In this document: piece after piece, positions 38,863 to 51,773 of the stretch
How positions within the stretch are numbered: the stretch's first letter is position 1
Layout of the letters: each line of letters opens with the position of its first letter
DNA from: Bugula neritina
Taxonomy: Eukaryota > Animalia > Bryozoa
NCBI GenBank assembly: GCA_964035545.1
Contig: OZ037770.1
Location: forward strand, 6,706,729 to 6,770,728
Length of the DNA: 64,000 nucleotides
Direction: 5' to 3'
The notes under the pieces: model-generated
What the model was told of the DNA's origin: nothing
The model's database searches: none
The model's input: the letters and a program-made list of their open reading frames with translations, nothing else
Program-made: the position numbers and the translations under genes

Positions 38863-40397
38863 TATTCACCTAAAATCATATTACATAGCTATTAACTGTA
38901 TACAACTATACCTACTAACTACTACAGAGAGGGAGCAGTTGTAGTCTAGCATATGCATTCACTTGCTAAGTAGGGTATAAATAAGAAAACAAAATTTACT
39001 CAAAATAAACATATTAATAACCTGAGTTGTCTGTAAGCCATGAAACAAGTGTTATTCACGAGACAAAAGATATCTGAAGGGAAAGCGTCAACATTATCAG
39101 AAATGGGAGTTAAGAGTTGTGCTACTTGTCATTTGCATATTTTGTGTATGTTGAAACTAATTGTTGAGTTTCCAAGTCTTTTCAACTTTTTAATACTGAA
39201 GCTGGAATTACGCGGTAATGTGTGATTTGCTTTAGGAGTTGTTGTACCTTTGGAATGTGAATTTTCAAAACTAATTCCATGAAATGGCATCCTGTTAACT
39301 GTAAAATGCTATGTTTTGTCTATTTATAACATTCTATAGTATATAGACTATAGAATCTGTAAATTAACACCCAAAAACAAAGCCTAATTAATGATTAAAG
39401 GTGCATCATCCTTCAAAATCAGTCTTTTGTTACAGAAATGAATCCATATGCTTATAAGTTCAGGAGTGGTCAATTTTGTTGGCATGATAAAATATTACTA
39501 TGCATAAGTGGAAGTAATATTATTACTTCCACTTTTACTTGTTCCAACGTTAGAGTTATCTTCTCAATGATGCTACAACATGTATGTAAACTCCAGCTAA
39601 AAGTGACTAGCTAAAATAAAATGACTGGGTTAAAAGTTGTTATTTTGCCTTTAATAATGCTAATGTTGCCAGTCTCGAGTGAATATTGAGCCTTGACTGG
39701 GGCAAATAAGTTTTGTAGTAGTCATTACTTAATATTTTGTGTTTTAAGCAGCCATTTCTTTGACATGGCCAATAAAACTTAGCTGGGTTTGTCACTGCTG
39801 CTTGGAATAAGTCTGCGGCTCTGTAGAGAGATGTCTGAGTCAGCTAATTCTTTTGCCTCAATTCAAGTTTTCTTCACCAAAATGTTTGCAGCTGCCTAAA
39901 CTTTGTTAGACAAGTTACCCAGTAATAAATGAGCCACAAGTATTTTGACTGAGACATTTTGGTTAACCTTGAACCAGTCAATACTGGCAAGACTAGTTTT
40001 CTTCATTCATTTTGGTTGGCTTGAAGTTATTTCTTCTGAAGTTAAATCGCTCTAAAAACAGCTTGACTCAGTCATGTAATTTTGCTGACTGAGATATTAC
40101 AAACTTACTCTGATTTAGTTTGGCATTTTGAACGAAAATTTGAAAAAGAATTTCTGCTTGTTTAAAAAGATTCAAAACTTTAAACCGCTGCCACGTATGT
40201 CAGATCGCTGCGAGTGTTACCAGTTTGATCGAGTCAACTAAAATTTGTTGACTCAGTCAAATAAATTTATTGACCGAGACAATATAAATTCTTTTGACTC
40301 GGTCAAATATAGTCAATAACTAAACTCGCTTGGTTTGCGACTTTGTTGCGCGAAACAAATTTAGCCGGACAAAGCCACTCAATTGTCATGGAAGCGT

Positions 40398-41269
40398 GAG
40401 GCCACACGACGCGGTCTCAACGTGCGGGTTCACATGCGTGAAAAGACGACCTGCAACACACAGCGCATCAGTTGCATGCCTGACCTCACGATCGTGAGAA
40501 TCACACGAAACTCGTGTGACGATTTTCGTGAGTTATCTTTTCCTATTGACCAGCCACACGCTCGTTAGACGAAAAGTTATTATGCTGAGATTGGTGCCGC
40601 AAGCTTATATAAGTTATAAAAGAAAAATTTTGCTATTTTTGTTATTTTTTAGTATTTTATTTGTACATTTTTTAGTTTTGTTTATTGGTAAAGTTTTTAA
40701 ACACATTTTTTATGCATATAAATTTTAAAAAAAATTAAAACTCACTCATGTACGTAAATACATTAAGCTATAAAGTTTAAGCTTAGCTGTGATTACAATG
40801 TGAATATGAATTGAATAATGCTTGCAATAGCTATTTTACGCAAAATACATTACAGTTGCTATAAATGTAAGACTAGTAAATTGGATGCAAATAGGCATAG
40901 TAATACTACTTAATTTATGCTATTTTTGAAATTTGTAGTAAATATTTGGCGTGTATAATATATATATATACCACTTTGATGGCAACAGGTCATTTTTATT
41001 AGTCCATGAATGAGTCTTGCACGAGATACAAGCAGCAGAAAATTGCCAAATAGAGAAACGTCATAGGAATGAAATAATCACTGTTGCTAAAATTCTATTG
41101 ACCAATCAAATGGTACTTATCATGGATTGTGATTTTTCGTCCATCGTCATCGTTGTGTACACCCAACAATGACGATTTCGTTTGAATTCCCTCAAATTTT
41201 CTCGTACGAATGTTTTTTCGTGTCAAATAGACGATTTCGTGTGATTCTCACGATCGTGTGGCCAGGGCT
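40398..41269. mobile_element. Harbinger/Tourist-type non-autonomous element (GGCCACAC termini), rearranged
   Basis: cacgatcgtgagaatcacacgaaa (~40487) is inverted relative to tttcgtgtgattctcacgatcgtgtggcc (~41235-41263). Left terminus unclear. Confidence 0.6.
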
Positions 41270-41579
41270 TTACTGCTAGGCTACAGGCATTTGTTTGTCT
41301 TTATAGTTACGTCATCACCTATTTGCCTCTCTTGGTCCGCGCCAGAAATTCTCGTAGGGCCACACTTGCAGCTGGAGTTAGAACGCTATGTTTCAGTATA
41401 GTTAGTTGTAAACTGAATAAATAAAGGGTGCTTGCCTACTCAAGCTTGGGGGTAAAAGTCTAAATTTTACTTTACATTTTTGATGGAAGTGTAACAGCAT
41501 AAATACTATACAGTGGAACTGCTATTGTGACTCTGAAGCAGTTGCTAAGTTGCAAGCAATTGCATGATATAACTATAAC

Positions 41580-41760
41580 ACACACCCGCACAGACACAGA
41601 TACGCACAAACACAGATATGCACAGACACAGATACACAGATACGCAGAGACACAGATACGCAGAGACACAGATACGCAGAGACACAGATACGCACAGACA
41701 CAGATACGCACAGACACAGATATGCACAGACACAGATATGCACAGACACAGATATATGCG
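41580..41760. repeat. 16-bp minisatellite (ACACAGATACGCA(C/G)AG) x~10
   Basis: Tandem copies; source of the spurious ORFs at 41472-41884. Confidence 0.9.
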
Positions 41761-42067
41761 GTTTACGTAGGGCACAACGATATATACAATGCAGTAATAT
41801 TTTTTTCTTTTTGAACGACCTATTTATTGAAAAGCTTTTATTTACAAGCCCACATATCACAGTTAAACAGCAAGGAGGATACATTGCCTAACTGGGTTGA
41901 TGGAGAGCATAGGGGACTGCAAATTGTACGTCAAATAAATATTATTATTATGCTAATCAGTCAACATTTTGGGAGTTGTCCATCTTTATCTTGGTTATTG
42001 CCACGCTCTATATGCAACTGGTTATTGCCATGTTCTATACATGTAACAGTTGATCAACCAGCTAGAA

Positions 42068-42414
42068 CTGGAGTGTCCAACCTTTTCAGAGCAAGGCCCA
42101 CTGAAAGAGAAAGTTCTGGTGGCACAGGCCACATTGAAAACTTTAGCTTGTGCTTGGGGCTGCAGCATCAGTATTTTTCAAATTGATTTATTTCAACTCT
42201 AATTTATAATCATTATAACACAATAAAGCCCCAATAGTTAATGCAAGCTGCATATTTTGTAGCATATGTGTATAAATAAGAAATTTAAAAGGTGGTTTTT
42301 CACTCTAATTGATCATGTAAAATATGAATAATGTTTTGTTTTATGCCTTTGAGGGCCACATAAATGTAGGCTGGGGGCCACATCCGACCCTGGGGCGCCT
42401 GTTGAACAGGCCTG
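42068..42414. mobile_element. hAT (Charlie-like) non-autonomous element, degenerate
   Basis: Termini ctggagtgtccaacc / gttgaacaggcctg, internal gggccaca repeats and flanking CTAGA motifs. The 8-bp TSD is not clean. Confidence 0.55.
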
Positions 42415-43055
42415 CATGATCTAGAGCCAGGCAAATTAAAATACAATAATGTGGTTTAAAGCGGATAAATTCAACTGACACTGCATGTACTAGTAGTATG
42501 TGTATTGTTGTACACAAAGTATTCAGATGTTATTATAATCTTCTATTTTTATGACATGCATTTTCATACACTGAATGGATTCTTACCAATGCAGATGAAT
42601 TTATGATTGCTGTTTGCAATAATATTTATTGACCTGTTCTCATACATTAAATGAAAAGCTCAAATTTGCCTGATGCTGCATGAAGTATGTGGGAATGTAG
42701 TGAAGATAACCCAATATATACATACATGTATAAAATAATTTTATGTAATCTATAAGTATATTATAGGATATGAAAGTATTTACACATAATGCATGTACAT
42801 TTTAAGAAACTAGCATAAGTATAAGGTACATGTGCTGTTGTTTGTAGCTCTATATAGGTATCAGATTGTTGTTTTAGCACGTAGTGAAAATGAAGAAGCA
42901 AAATTTGAACGAAGCAACCAGTAAAACCTTGGATTTGTTTTCTCCTGAACTCTTTTGTCGAAAAATAACATTATCCAATGAACAATGTCTGTCCATACTG
43001 CGCGGTTCTAGCACAACCTGTCGTGGCTTTCATTGGCCAATAACAAGTTTACACT

Positions 43056-46000
43056 ATGGCAGATCCAAATCCTCCTCAGAAAAATAATATTCAATTAATT
43101 TTTAAACGATTGCGTAGCATTCCCACAAATAAGGTAAGGATATTTCACTAAATATTGGCATTAAAATTTTTAATGTTATTGTTTAAATTACTGTTATGGT
43201 TATCATGATTTGTTATCACACTCTTGAGTCTGACTCAAGAGTGAGAGTCGGTCAGTGTCACTGACTTACTCTCACTCTTGAGTCAGACTTTATGTAAGTG
43301 TAACACTCACACTGTGACTGAGTCACAGTGTGAGTGTTACACTTACACTCACTCTCGGTGATTCACTACCTAGATGTAGGTCAAGTTCAACTTGAAGGAC
43401 CTAACACTAACAGTCAACTCTCAATGAGTCAATTACTCAATATCAATATGAATATCAATATGAATATGTAAACCAAGTTGAAGTTGAACTTGATAGTCAA
43501 TAGGATGTTATGGTGATAGTCATACCCATACTTATACTATAATCATAATGATTAATGCGGCTGTCTCATTATCATAAATCTATGATTATCCATGACTGTG
43601 AGTATGAGCCTGAACCCGCCATATCAATATCATTATGATCATGATGAGTGATACTGTAACTGTAAGTGATATTGTAAGTGAACGTGAATAGTCACCATTA
43701 CGCATTTCATTCAATCATTGTGATTCTCTGATAGTGATACTGATAGTCATACCGATACTCATAATAATCATAAATGATAATGGTGACATTCAATTTCATA
43801 CTCATAGTCATACTGATAGTAATACTCTTACTGATATTCATATGCATTGAGTTAGACTTCAGACCATATTTATACTCATCACTCATGGTGATGGTCATAC
43901 TCATACTCATACTGGTGGTCAATATCATACTGAAATAGTTATAGTGAGACCCAGGCACTGACAGTCTCAGTCTGAGTCACTGCCAGGGTGTCGCATTTAT
44001 TCGTATTGAGATTCACTATCCGCCTTAGCTCCTATTATATTTACATATATTTATATTCGTATTGATGTTAGTTATTGTCAGCAGAGTCTATTTATTTATA
44101 GGTATGTGTTTAATAATAACATATGATAATCTTCATACAAAATAAAACTTCTAGTAAATAATTAATTAATATATTTAATCTAAATATAATAAATTAGAAA
44201 TAACTTTGGGTGTAGTTATACCTACGCTGATAGTGATAATCACCATAAATAATATTTATGTTATAAGTCATTTACGTGGATACTGATACTAGTACTTGTA
44301 ATATTGGTTAAACTTGATACCCCTAGTCTCAAATCGCTTCAACTTCTAGAAATATTTGTTTACCCATATGTTATTCTCCTATCCAAACGCATGTTGTAAG
44401 TCCACTAAAAGTTAAGTAGAAAAAGTAACTGTTGCATCAATAATCATAATTCTGCTCAACTATGTACTTGTGCCTATTACACATACTAATATGTTTTAGT
44501 TTCGTACCATTTTTATAAGCTTAAATTATCATATAAAAACCATCAACTGTTGAGCTATGTTCGTAGTTATTAAAATCTCATTATGTATTTATTATATATG
44601 TGCAGGAGGTGTTTGTGTGTTCTGGAGCTATCAATTATTTTAATGGCCGTGTATATACTATATTCTATAATTCATCAACAACAATACCAGTCATATCCAA
44701 AACTTTGGCTGATTTAGTGATTTTGTCATTGACTCACTAATCACTAATGCATAGGGCTATTATACTTGTGACTAGGTAGAAACTGTATATTGTAAAGCAG
44801 ATTTTGTATCTGCTACCAAATTACTAGCAGTTAACTTCTTTTTTAGCAATGCTTCGACTGTGGGAGGACAAATCCTACGTGGGCGAGTGTGACGTATGGA
44901 GTGTTTCTGTGTATCGACTGCTCGGCCACCCACCGTTCTCTAGGCGTACATCTCACTTTCATCAGATCGACTCAGCTGGACACCAACTGGACGTGGGTGC
45001 AGCTGAGGGCCATGCAGTGTGGTGGCAATGCTAATGCCGTGAGTATCATCTATATACCCTAATAATGCTCAGTAACTCACTAGAGAGAGCGCAATACTTG
45101 TCACCAGTTCCGTGTTTAGTTGACAGGCGCTCACTATTGCCTTGTTGGTGTGTTTTTAGACTGCGTTCTTCAGAAAGAATGGATGTAATACAACTGATGC
45201 TCAGCAGAAGTACAACAGCAGGGCCGCTGCCTTGTATAAAGAGAAACTTCACCAGTCTGCACTGTCTGCACAGCGGCTGTATGGTGAAAAGGTAAGCAAT
45301 ACATGACACCATCTGATACCTTGTCTCACACATCTGATACCTTGTCTCACACATCTGATACCTTGTCTCACACATCTGATACCTTGTCTCACACATCTGA
45401 TACCTTGTCTCACACATCTGATACCTTGTCTCACACATCTGATACCTTGTCTCACACATCTGATACCTTGTCTCACACATCTGATACCTTGTCTCACACA
45501 TCTGATACCTTGTCTCACACATCTGATACCTTGTCTCACACATCTGATACCTTGTCTCACACATCTGATACCTTGTCTCACACATCTGATACCTTGTCTC
45601 ACACATCTGATACCTTGTCTCACACATCTGATACCTTGTCTCACACATCTGATACCTTGTCTCACACATCTGATACCTTGTCTCACACATCTGATACCTT
45701 GTCTCACACATCTGATACCTTGTCTCACACATCTGATACCTTGTCTCACACCATCTGATACCTTGTCTCACACCATCTGATACCTTGTCTCACACATCTG
45801 ATACCTTGTCTCACACATCTGATACCTTGTCTCACACATCTGATACCTTGTCTCACACATCTGATACCTTGTCTCACACATCTGATACCTTGTCTCACAC
45901 ATCTGATACCTTGTCTCACACATCTGATACCTTGTCTCACACATCTGATACCTTGTCTCACACATCTGATACCTTGTCTCACACATCTGATACCTTGTCT

Positions 46001-49000
46001 CACACATCTGATACCTTGTCTCACACATCTGATACCTTGTCTCACACATCTGATACCTTGTCTCACACATCTGATACCTTGTCTCACACATCTGATACCT
46101 TGTCTCACACATCTGATACCTTGTCTCACATGCAGTCCTCGACACTCTGCCGTCCCTGTATCTCAATGTAACTTGTACCTTGGACCTGAGGCTATAATTT
46201 TATCCTAACAGCGGCTCTCTGACTTGTAGTCTTCCAAACTGTTTTGTAGATTTGTTAGCAGCTTTAAGTAGTTATCTGTATAAAGCATGACTCATTCTAA
46301 TCTGCCATGTTGTTGTTTCAGCTACACATTGAATCATCTAGTGAGTCTCAACCCGAAGAAACTAAACCTGCTGACGTAGACTTCTTCCGGGACCACACAA
46401 GCAACGTCAAGTCTGGGTACGGTGACAGCCCAACAGGAACTCCCCCTCGTGTTGAGAGCCCAGCTAGACTGGTACAGAAGTCGTCTGCTCCTCCTAGAGT
46501 CGGCAGTGGTGGTGCTTTGAGTAGTCTAAGTCGGGAGAACGGCAGCTCCTCACCTTCCCTCACGGTCAACACAGACAGCGGTGGGTGTCTTGAGGCAGCG
46601 CTCTGTCTGGTGTCGCGTGCTATAGATGACTGCTATGTTTATCTTGTGTTGCTTCTCTCGTATTTATAAGAAGTTGCAGTATGTAATGGACTTGGCGCAG
46701 TGAGCAGCTGTTATCCCGGCCATTTCACTGTGAAATTAAGTGTTGTCCCCCCTTTCTTACTCATATAGCTTGAATAGAGTAACTTCACCTTAGTATAGAA
46801 TCAGTATGTGTAATAGCTAATAGCGTATTTTTAGAAGGTGCACCCAGTGTGGAAGCTGCCATGGTATCTCCCCCCAACACAGCAGCTGCTCAAGTAAGGA
46901 AGTCAACTATTGGCCAGAGAAAAGCCACTCCCAAGAAAGGTTTAGGAGGTAAAGGCATGGGGGCCACGAGGGTCAAGGCCAACTTCAATGAAATTGAATC
47001 TGCGGCCATCAAAGCCGACAAGGATAAGGAGGATAGCATCAAGGCTCACGCCGCTATGGAGGCTAAGAATGCAGAGGATGCTGAGAGACAACTGTAAGTG
47101 TTACAGCGTACTGTGTGTATATTACTGTATACTGTGTGTATATTACAGCATACTGTGTGTATATTACTGTATACTGTGTGTATATTACTGTATAGTGTGT
47201 GTATATTACTGTATACTGTGTGTATATTACAGCATACTGTGTGTATATTACAGCATACTGTGTGAATATTACTGTATACTGTGTGTATATTACTGTATAC
47301 TGTGTGTATATTACTGTAAACTGTGTGTATATTACTGTATACTGTGTGTATATTACAGCATACTGTGTGTATATTACTGTATACTGTGTGTATATTACTG
47401 TATACTGTGTGTATATTACTGCATACTGTGTGTATATTACTGTATACTGTGTGTATATTACTGCATACTGTGTGTATATTACTGTATACTGTGTGTATAT
47501 TACTGTATACTGTGTGTATTACAGCATACAGTGTGTATATTACTGTATACTGTGTGTATATTACTGTATACTGTGTGTATTACTGTATACTGTGTGTATA
47601 TTACTGTATGCTGTGTGTATATTACTGTATACTGTGTGTATATTACTGTATACTGTGTGTATATTACTGTATACTGTGTGTATATTACTGCATACTGTGT
47701 GTATATTACTGCATACTGTGTGTATATTACTGTATACTGTGTGTATATTACTGCATACTCTGTGTATATTACTGCATGATGTGTGTATATTACTGCATGC
47801 TGTGTGTATATTACTGCATACTGTATGTATATTACTGTATACTGTGTGTATATTACTGCATACATAATATTACTCTACCACACTGCAGTGCATCCATGAG
47901 ACTGGCCTACAAAGACATGGCTATTGAAAAGAAAAAACATGAAGAGAAAATAAAGTATATGGATCCTAAGAAACAAGAGCAAGCAGAGAGGCTAGGGATG
48001 GGCTACGCCTCCACCCGGTATGTGAATCTCAGGCTCTAGTTGTATAATAATACTAATATACTCTTTGTATATATGTTATATTTTCTGTGTATATATATAT
48101 GTTATACTCTATGTATATATGTTGTACTTTTTGTGTATATGTTATACTATCTGTATATACGTTATACTCTCTGTATATATGTTATACTCTTTGTATATAT
48201 GTTATACTCTCTGTATATATTTTATACTCTCTGTATATACGTTATACTCTCTGTATATATGTTATACTCTCTGTATATATGTTATACTCTCTGTATATAT
48301 GTTATACTCTCTGTATATATGTTATACTCTCTGTATATATGTTATACTCTCTGTATATATGTTATACTCTCTGTATATATGTTATACTCTCTGTATATAT
48401 GTTATACTCTCTGTATATACGTTATACTCTATGTATATATGTTATACTCTCTGTATATACGTTATACTCTTTGTATATATGTTATACTCTTTGTATATAT
48501 GTTATACTCTTTGTATATATGTTATACTATATGTATATATGTTATACTCTTTGTATATATGTTATACTCTTTGTATATATGTTATACTCTTTGTATATAT
48601 GTTATACTCTTTGTATATATGTTCTACTATCTGTATATATGTTATACTCTCTGTATATATGTTATACTCTCTGTATATATATGTTATACTCTTTGTATAT
48701 ATGTTATATTCTCTGTATTTAGAGGGATGAGTCACTCCGCTATGTCAGACATGCAAGTCATCACACAGGAGACCCCCGATGCCCCCTCTACACGCTCCTC
48801 TAATTCCGATAGATTTTTTACTGCCTCCAGCACTAGAGATTTGGATGACTGGGAGTTTGTAGGTGGCACTTCTTCTACGTAAGTATATTTTCTGTGCGAC
48901 TGCTTTTATATATATATATATATTTCTCATATTATTCTATGATGCTAGAATATATGTGGTAGTTGTAAACAGCTAATGTATCATACTTATATCTTCCTTC

Positions 49001-51773
49001 ATTGCACCTCTATATGTTGGGTGTCTCTGCTCACAGACTGCAGTACTGTTTCCTCTTTTATAGCTATGATGACTTGGGTAGAGGTAAGAGTAAGACCTCC
49101 TCTAGCACCTGGGGCAATAAATCTTCATGGGACAGCGACTTTACATCCTCGGAGCCCAAAACCAGTGGTGGTGGCAGCAACTTCTTTGATGACCAGCTTA
49201 TGACCAGCAAGTCTAAAGATGATTACAGGTGCTGAGTAGTGTATAGTAGTCTATAGTAGTGTATAGTATAGTGTAGTGTAGTATAGAATAGGATAGTTTA
49301 TTAATAGAGTATAGCTATAGGCAGTTCCATGAACATCTGATGTATATCCTTAAACTTGCCAATTTATCTCACACAACTTACTGTGTTGTATTCAAGTTGG
49401 TCAAATTCAAGTGATGTGAAAGTTGCAGCTGAACAGCTCAAACTAACTGATTGTATAATAAACGCATGCTTGCATCTGTTTCTCTGGTGGACATGTTTGT
49501 TACTCAATTATGTCTCTATATGCTACAGGACTGACAGGAGTCGTAAAGCCACAGCAGCACCTGCCTCAAGTGGCGGCAGTTATGATTTGAGCAAGTTTGC
49601 TAACGCCAAGTCTATCAGTTCTAATCAAGTGTTTGGAGAAGATGATCGCCATGGAGTGAGTAACATGTTCTCTACTGAGTCACTCAGAATGAAAGTTGCG
49701 TTTCTACCTCTTCTGAAAAAGTTTCGAGTTTCAGTTAATTTCACTTGGCCAAGTACCCGGTTATAAGCCTAGGGCCACACGGTGCGTATTTTCGCATGCA
49801 AAAATTGAAATCACAAGTAGCAAAGGTGTCCGCTGTAGCGTCAGTGATGCGTGATAAATAAAGCTTTCATTTTTAAATCGCACTCGCTTTCAATAAAACG
49901 CAATTTACTGAAATGTAGCACTAAAATAAAGAAATTGGGCTCGCTGAATAACTACCAGCCAATTAGGTGACGACGACAGAGACGATTCGCACTTGCGTTA
50001 AAAATGCTAAGCGACAAATGCGAATGTTTTCTCAACGCGCACAGTGGACATCTTTGCTACTTGTGATTTCAATTTTCGCATGCTAAAATACGCACCGTGT
50101 GGCCCTAGGCTAAGTTTTACTGGAAATCATCTAACTTATATTATTGATGCAGAAGCTTACTTTCTAATATGACACACCTAGTCGCTAGTTGAAGAAGTTA
50201 TGAAGCTGTTTACTGAATCGCCAAAGTCATGATTAAACAACAATGTTTACAAGGAGTTATCATTCCTTTGGATTATTCTAAAAGTTATCTCACTAACAAA
50301 ATTTTGACGAGTGATTTTTACAATGCAATGCAACTCAGTGAAATTGAATTTCTAACTGAAAATCTAAAAAGGTATTAAAGCAACTTGATACTCTGTACTG
50401 AGTTAGTCAGTTTGATACTCTGTAGTGAGTCAGAGTGATATTCAATCAGAGTCCAGAGTGAGAATTGCTTGTTTTACAGAGTCAACCTGACATGGGGAAA
50501 TTCCAGAACTCCTCCTCAATATCTAGTGATGACTACTTTGGTGGCGGCAGCAGTAATAGCGGCAGCAAGTACAACAATTATAATACTCCAGATATGCAGG
50601 ATATTAAAGATGGTGTGAAACAGGGAGTGACTAAAGTAGCTGGAAAACTGAGTAACTTGGCTAGTGGAGTTATGAGCTCTTTGCAGGTATCTTTCATTTA
50701 GATGTTTTAATCCATTGTACTGTATATAGCCTATCTGTATATAGCCTATCTGTATATAGCCTATCTGTATATAGCCTATCTGCAATGTGCTTATATAATA
50801 TACACATTGTACTGCATAGCCTATCTGCAATGTGCTTATATAATATACACATTGTACTGCATAGCCTATCTGTAATGGGCTTGTATAATATACACATTGT
50901 ACTCTATAGCCTATCTGTAATGTGCTTATATAATATACACATACACACACAGTCCGTAATCTACAAAGTGTATCAATCCTAATATCAAACATATAATAGC
51001 AAATTATCTTTCAGTCTCGCATCAAGCTCTATTACTTACCTTCTATGACTTTTAGTCTCAATTCATAAGTTTATTATTTGGGATTTTCTAACAAATGCTC
51101 CACTTTTTTATAATTTAGAGTTGTCTTTTCACTTGTTATTTCAGGCAACCCTTAAACTTGTGACTCATACTGTATTCAGGGTTTTTCCAAAAACTTTCCT
51201 TGAAATTAACTCTCCACATTTCAAATTGTCATGACTAAACCGACATAGGTCTGAATACACCCCCCCCCCCCGCTCCCCCATGTCATATCCCCTCGTCAAT
51301 ACTAATGTTGCGTTTATACCTTTATAATTTTAAGTCAGAAATTCAATTTTGCCTAATTGAAATTTCTCCAAGTTGCATTGCATTGTAAAAGCCGCTCATC
51401 AAAATTTTTGTACAGTGATAACCTAATCAGCCCAGTTCAGAATAAGACTCAAAAGGAGTAATCACTCTTTTTAAATATCGTTATTTAAGATTTTATTACT
51501 TTATCGATTAGATGACGTGCTTATATATTAATAATTATATTGCCTACGCCTTCTCAATTATCGCTTTTATGCTGTCAACTTCAGTAATTCTCGACATTTA
51601 CAAAGGGCATCAAATAGCGATTAGGCGAGTCAGATTTCAGTTTTAGAAAGTAAGCTTCCGCATCAATATGATTTCACCGATTTTTAGTTGGACAATTGTT
51701 ATTAACTGAAATTGGGTCCTTTTTTTAGGAGAGGTATAAATGCAACTTAAGACTTGCTTTGTTACACGCATGA
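43056..51773 (+). CDS. ARFGAP2: ADP-ribosylation factor GTPase-activating protein 2/3 (Glo3-type), 11 coding exons, ~582 aa
   Basis: Exons 43056-43133, 44847-45038, 45160-45291, 46322-46580, 46835-47093, 47889-48017, 48723-48878, 49064-49228, 49529-49655, 50480-50686, 51729-51773 (last exon less certain). '[16 protein letters not shown]...[31 protein letters not shown]' ArfGAP zinc finger, 'SMRLAY', 'AERLGMG', and paired Glo3 motifs 'AKSISS' and '[11 protein letters not shown]'. Confidence 0.95.
43219..43347. repeat. Cluster of perfect inverted repeats in ArfGAP intron 1
   Basis: 12-bp arms at 43219-43243, a ~63-nt hairpin at 43227-43289, and perfect 27-bp arms with a 1-nt spacer at 43293-43347. 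Confidence 0.9.
45310..46130. repeat. 21-bp minisatellite (CATCTGATACCTTGTCTCACA) x~39, ArfGAP intron 3
   Basis: Almost invariant head-to-tail units; two units carry an extra C near 45750-45775. No spacers. Confidence 0.98.
47100..47862. repeat. 21-bp minisatellite (TATTACTGTATACTGTGTGTA) x~36, ArfGAP intron 5
   Basis: Tandem units fill nearly the whole intron. Confidence 0.97.
48060..48718. repeat. 20-bp minisatellite (GTTATACTCTCTGTATATAT) x~32, ArfGAP intron 6
   Basis: Tandem units run up to the acceptor AG at 48721-48722. Confidence 0.97.
49767..50110. mobile_element. Tourist-like (PIF/Harbinger) MITE, 344 bp, ArfGAP intron 9
   Basis: ~70-bp TIRs GCCTAGGGCCACACGGTGCGTATTTT...; TAA target duplication at 49764-49766 and 50111-50113. 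Confidence 0.92.
50715..50945. repeat. Compound tandem repeat (15-bp and 45-bp units sharing ATAGCCTATCTG)
   Basis: Short units grade into longer units in ArfGAP intron 10. Confidence 0.85.

Noticed and set aside
41472-41884. Overlapping ORFs on both strands
   Set aside because: Products of a 16-bp minisatellite.
45310-46130. CRISPR-like array, or repeat proteins (CETRYQM)n, (CVRQGIR)n, (SHTSDTL)n
   Set aside because: Units are head-to-tail with no spacers, no cas genes are present, and the array lies inside an ArfGAP intron. The ORFs arise because a 21-bp unit lacks stops in several frames.
46988-48730. Long Cys/Tyr/Ile-rich ORFs ([16 protein letters not shown] repeats)
   Set aside because: Translations of intronic minisatellites between well-supported ArfGAP exons.
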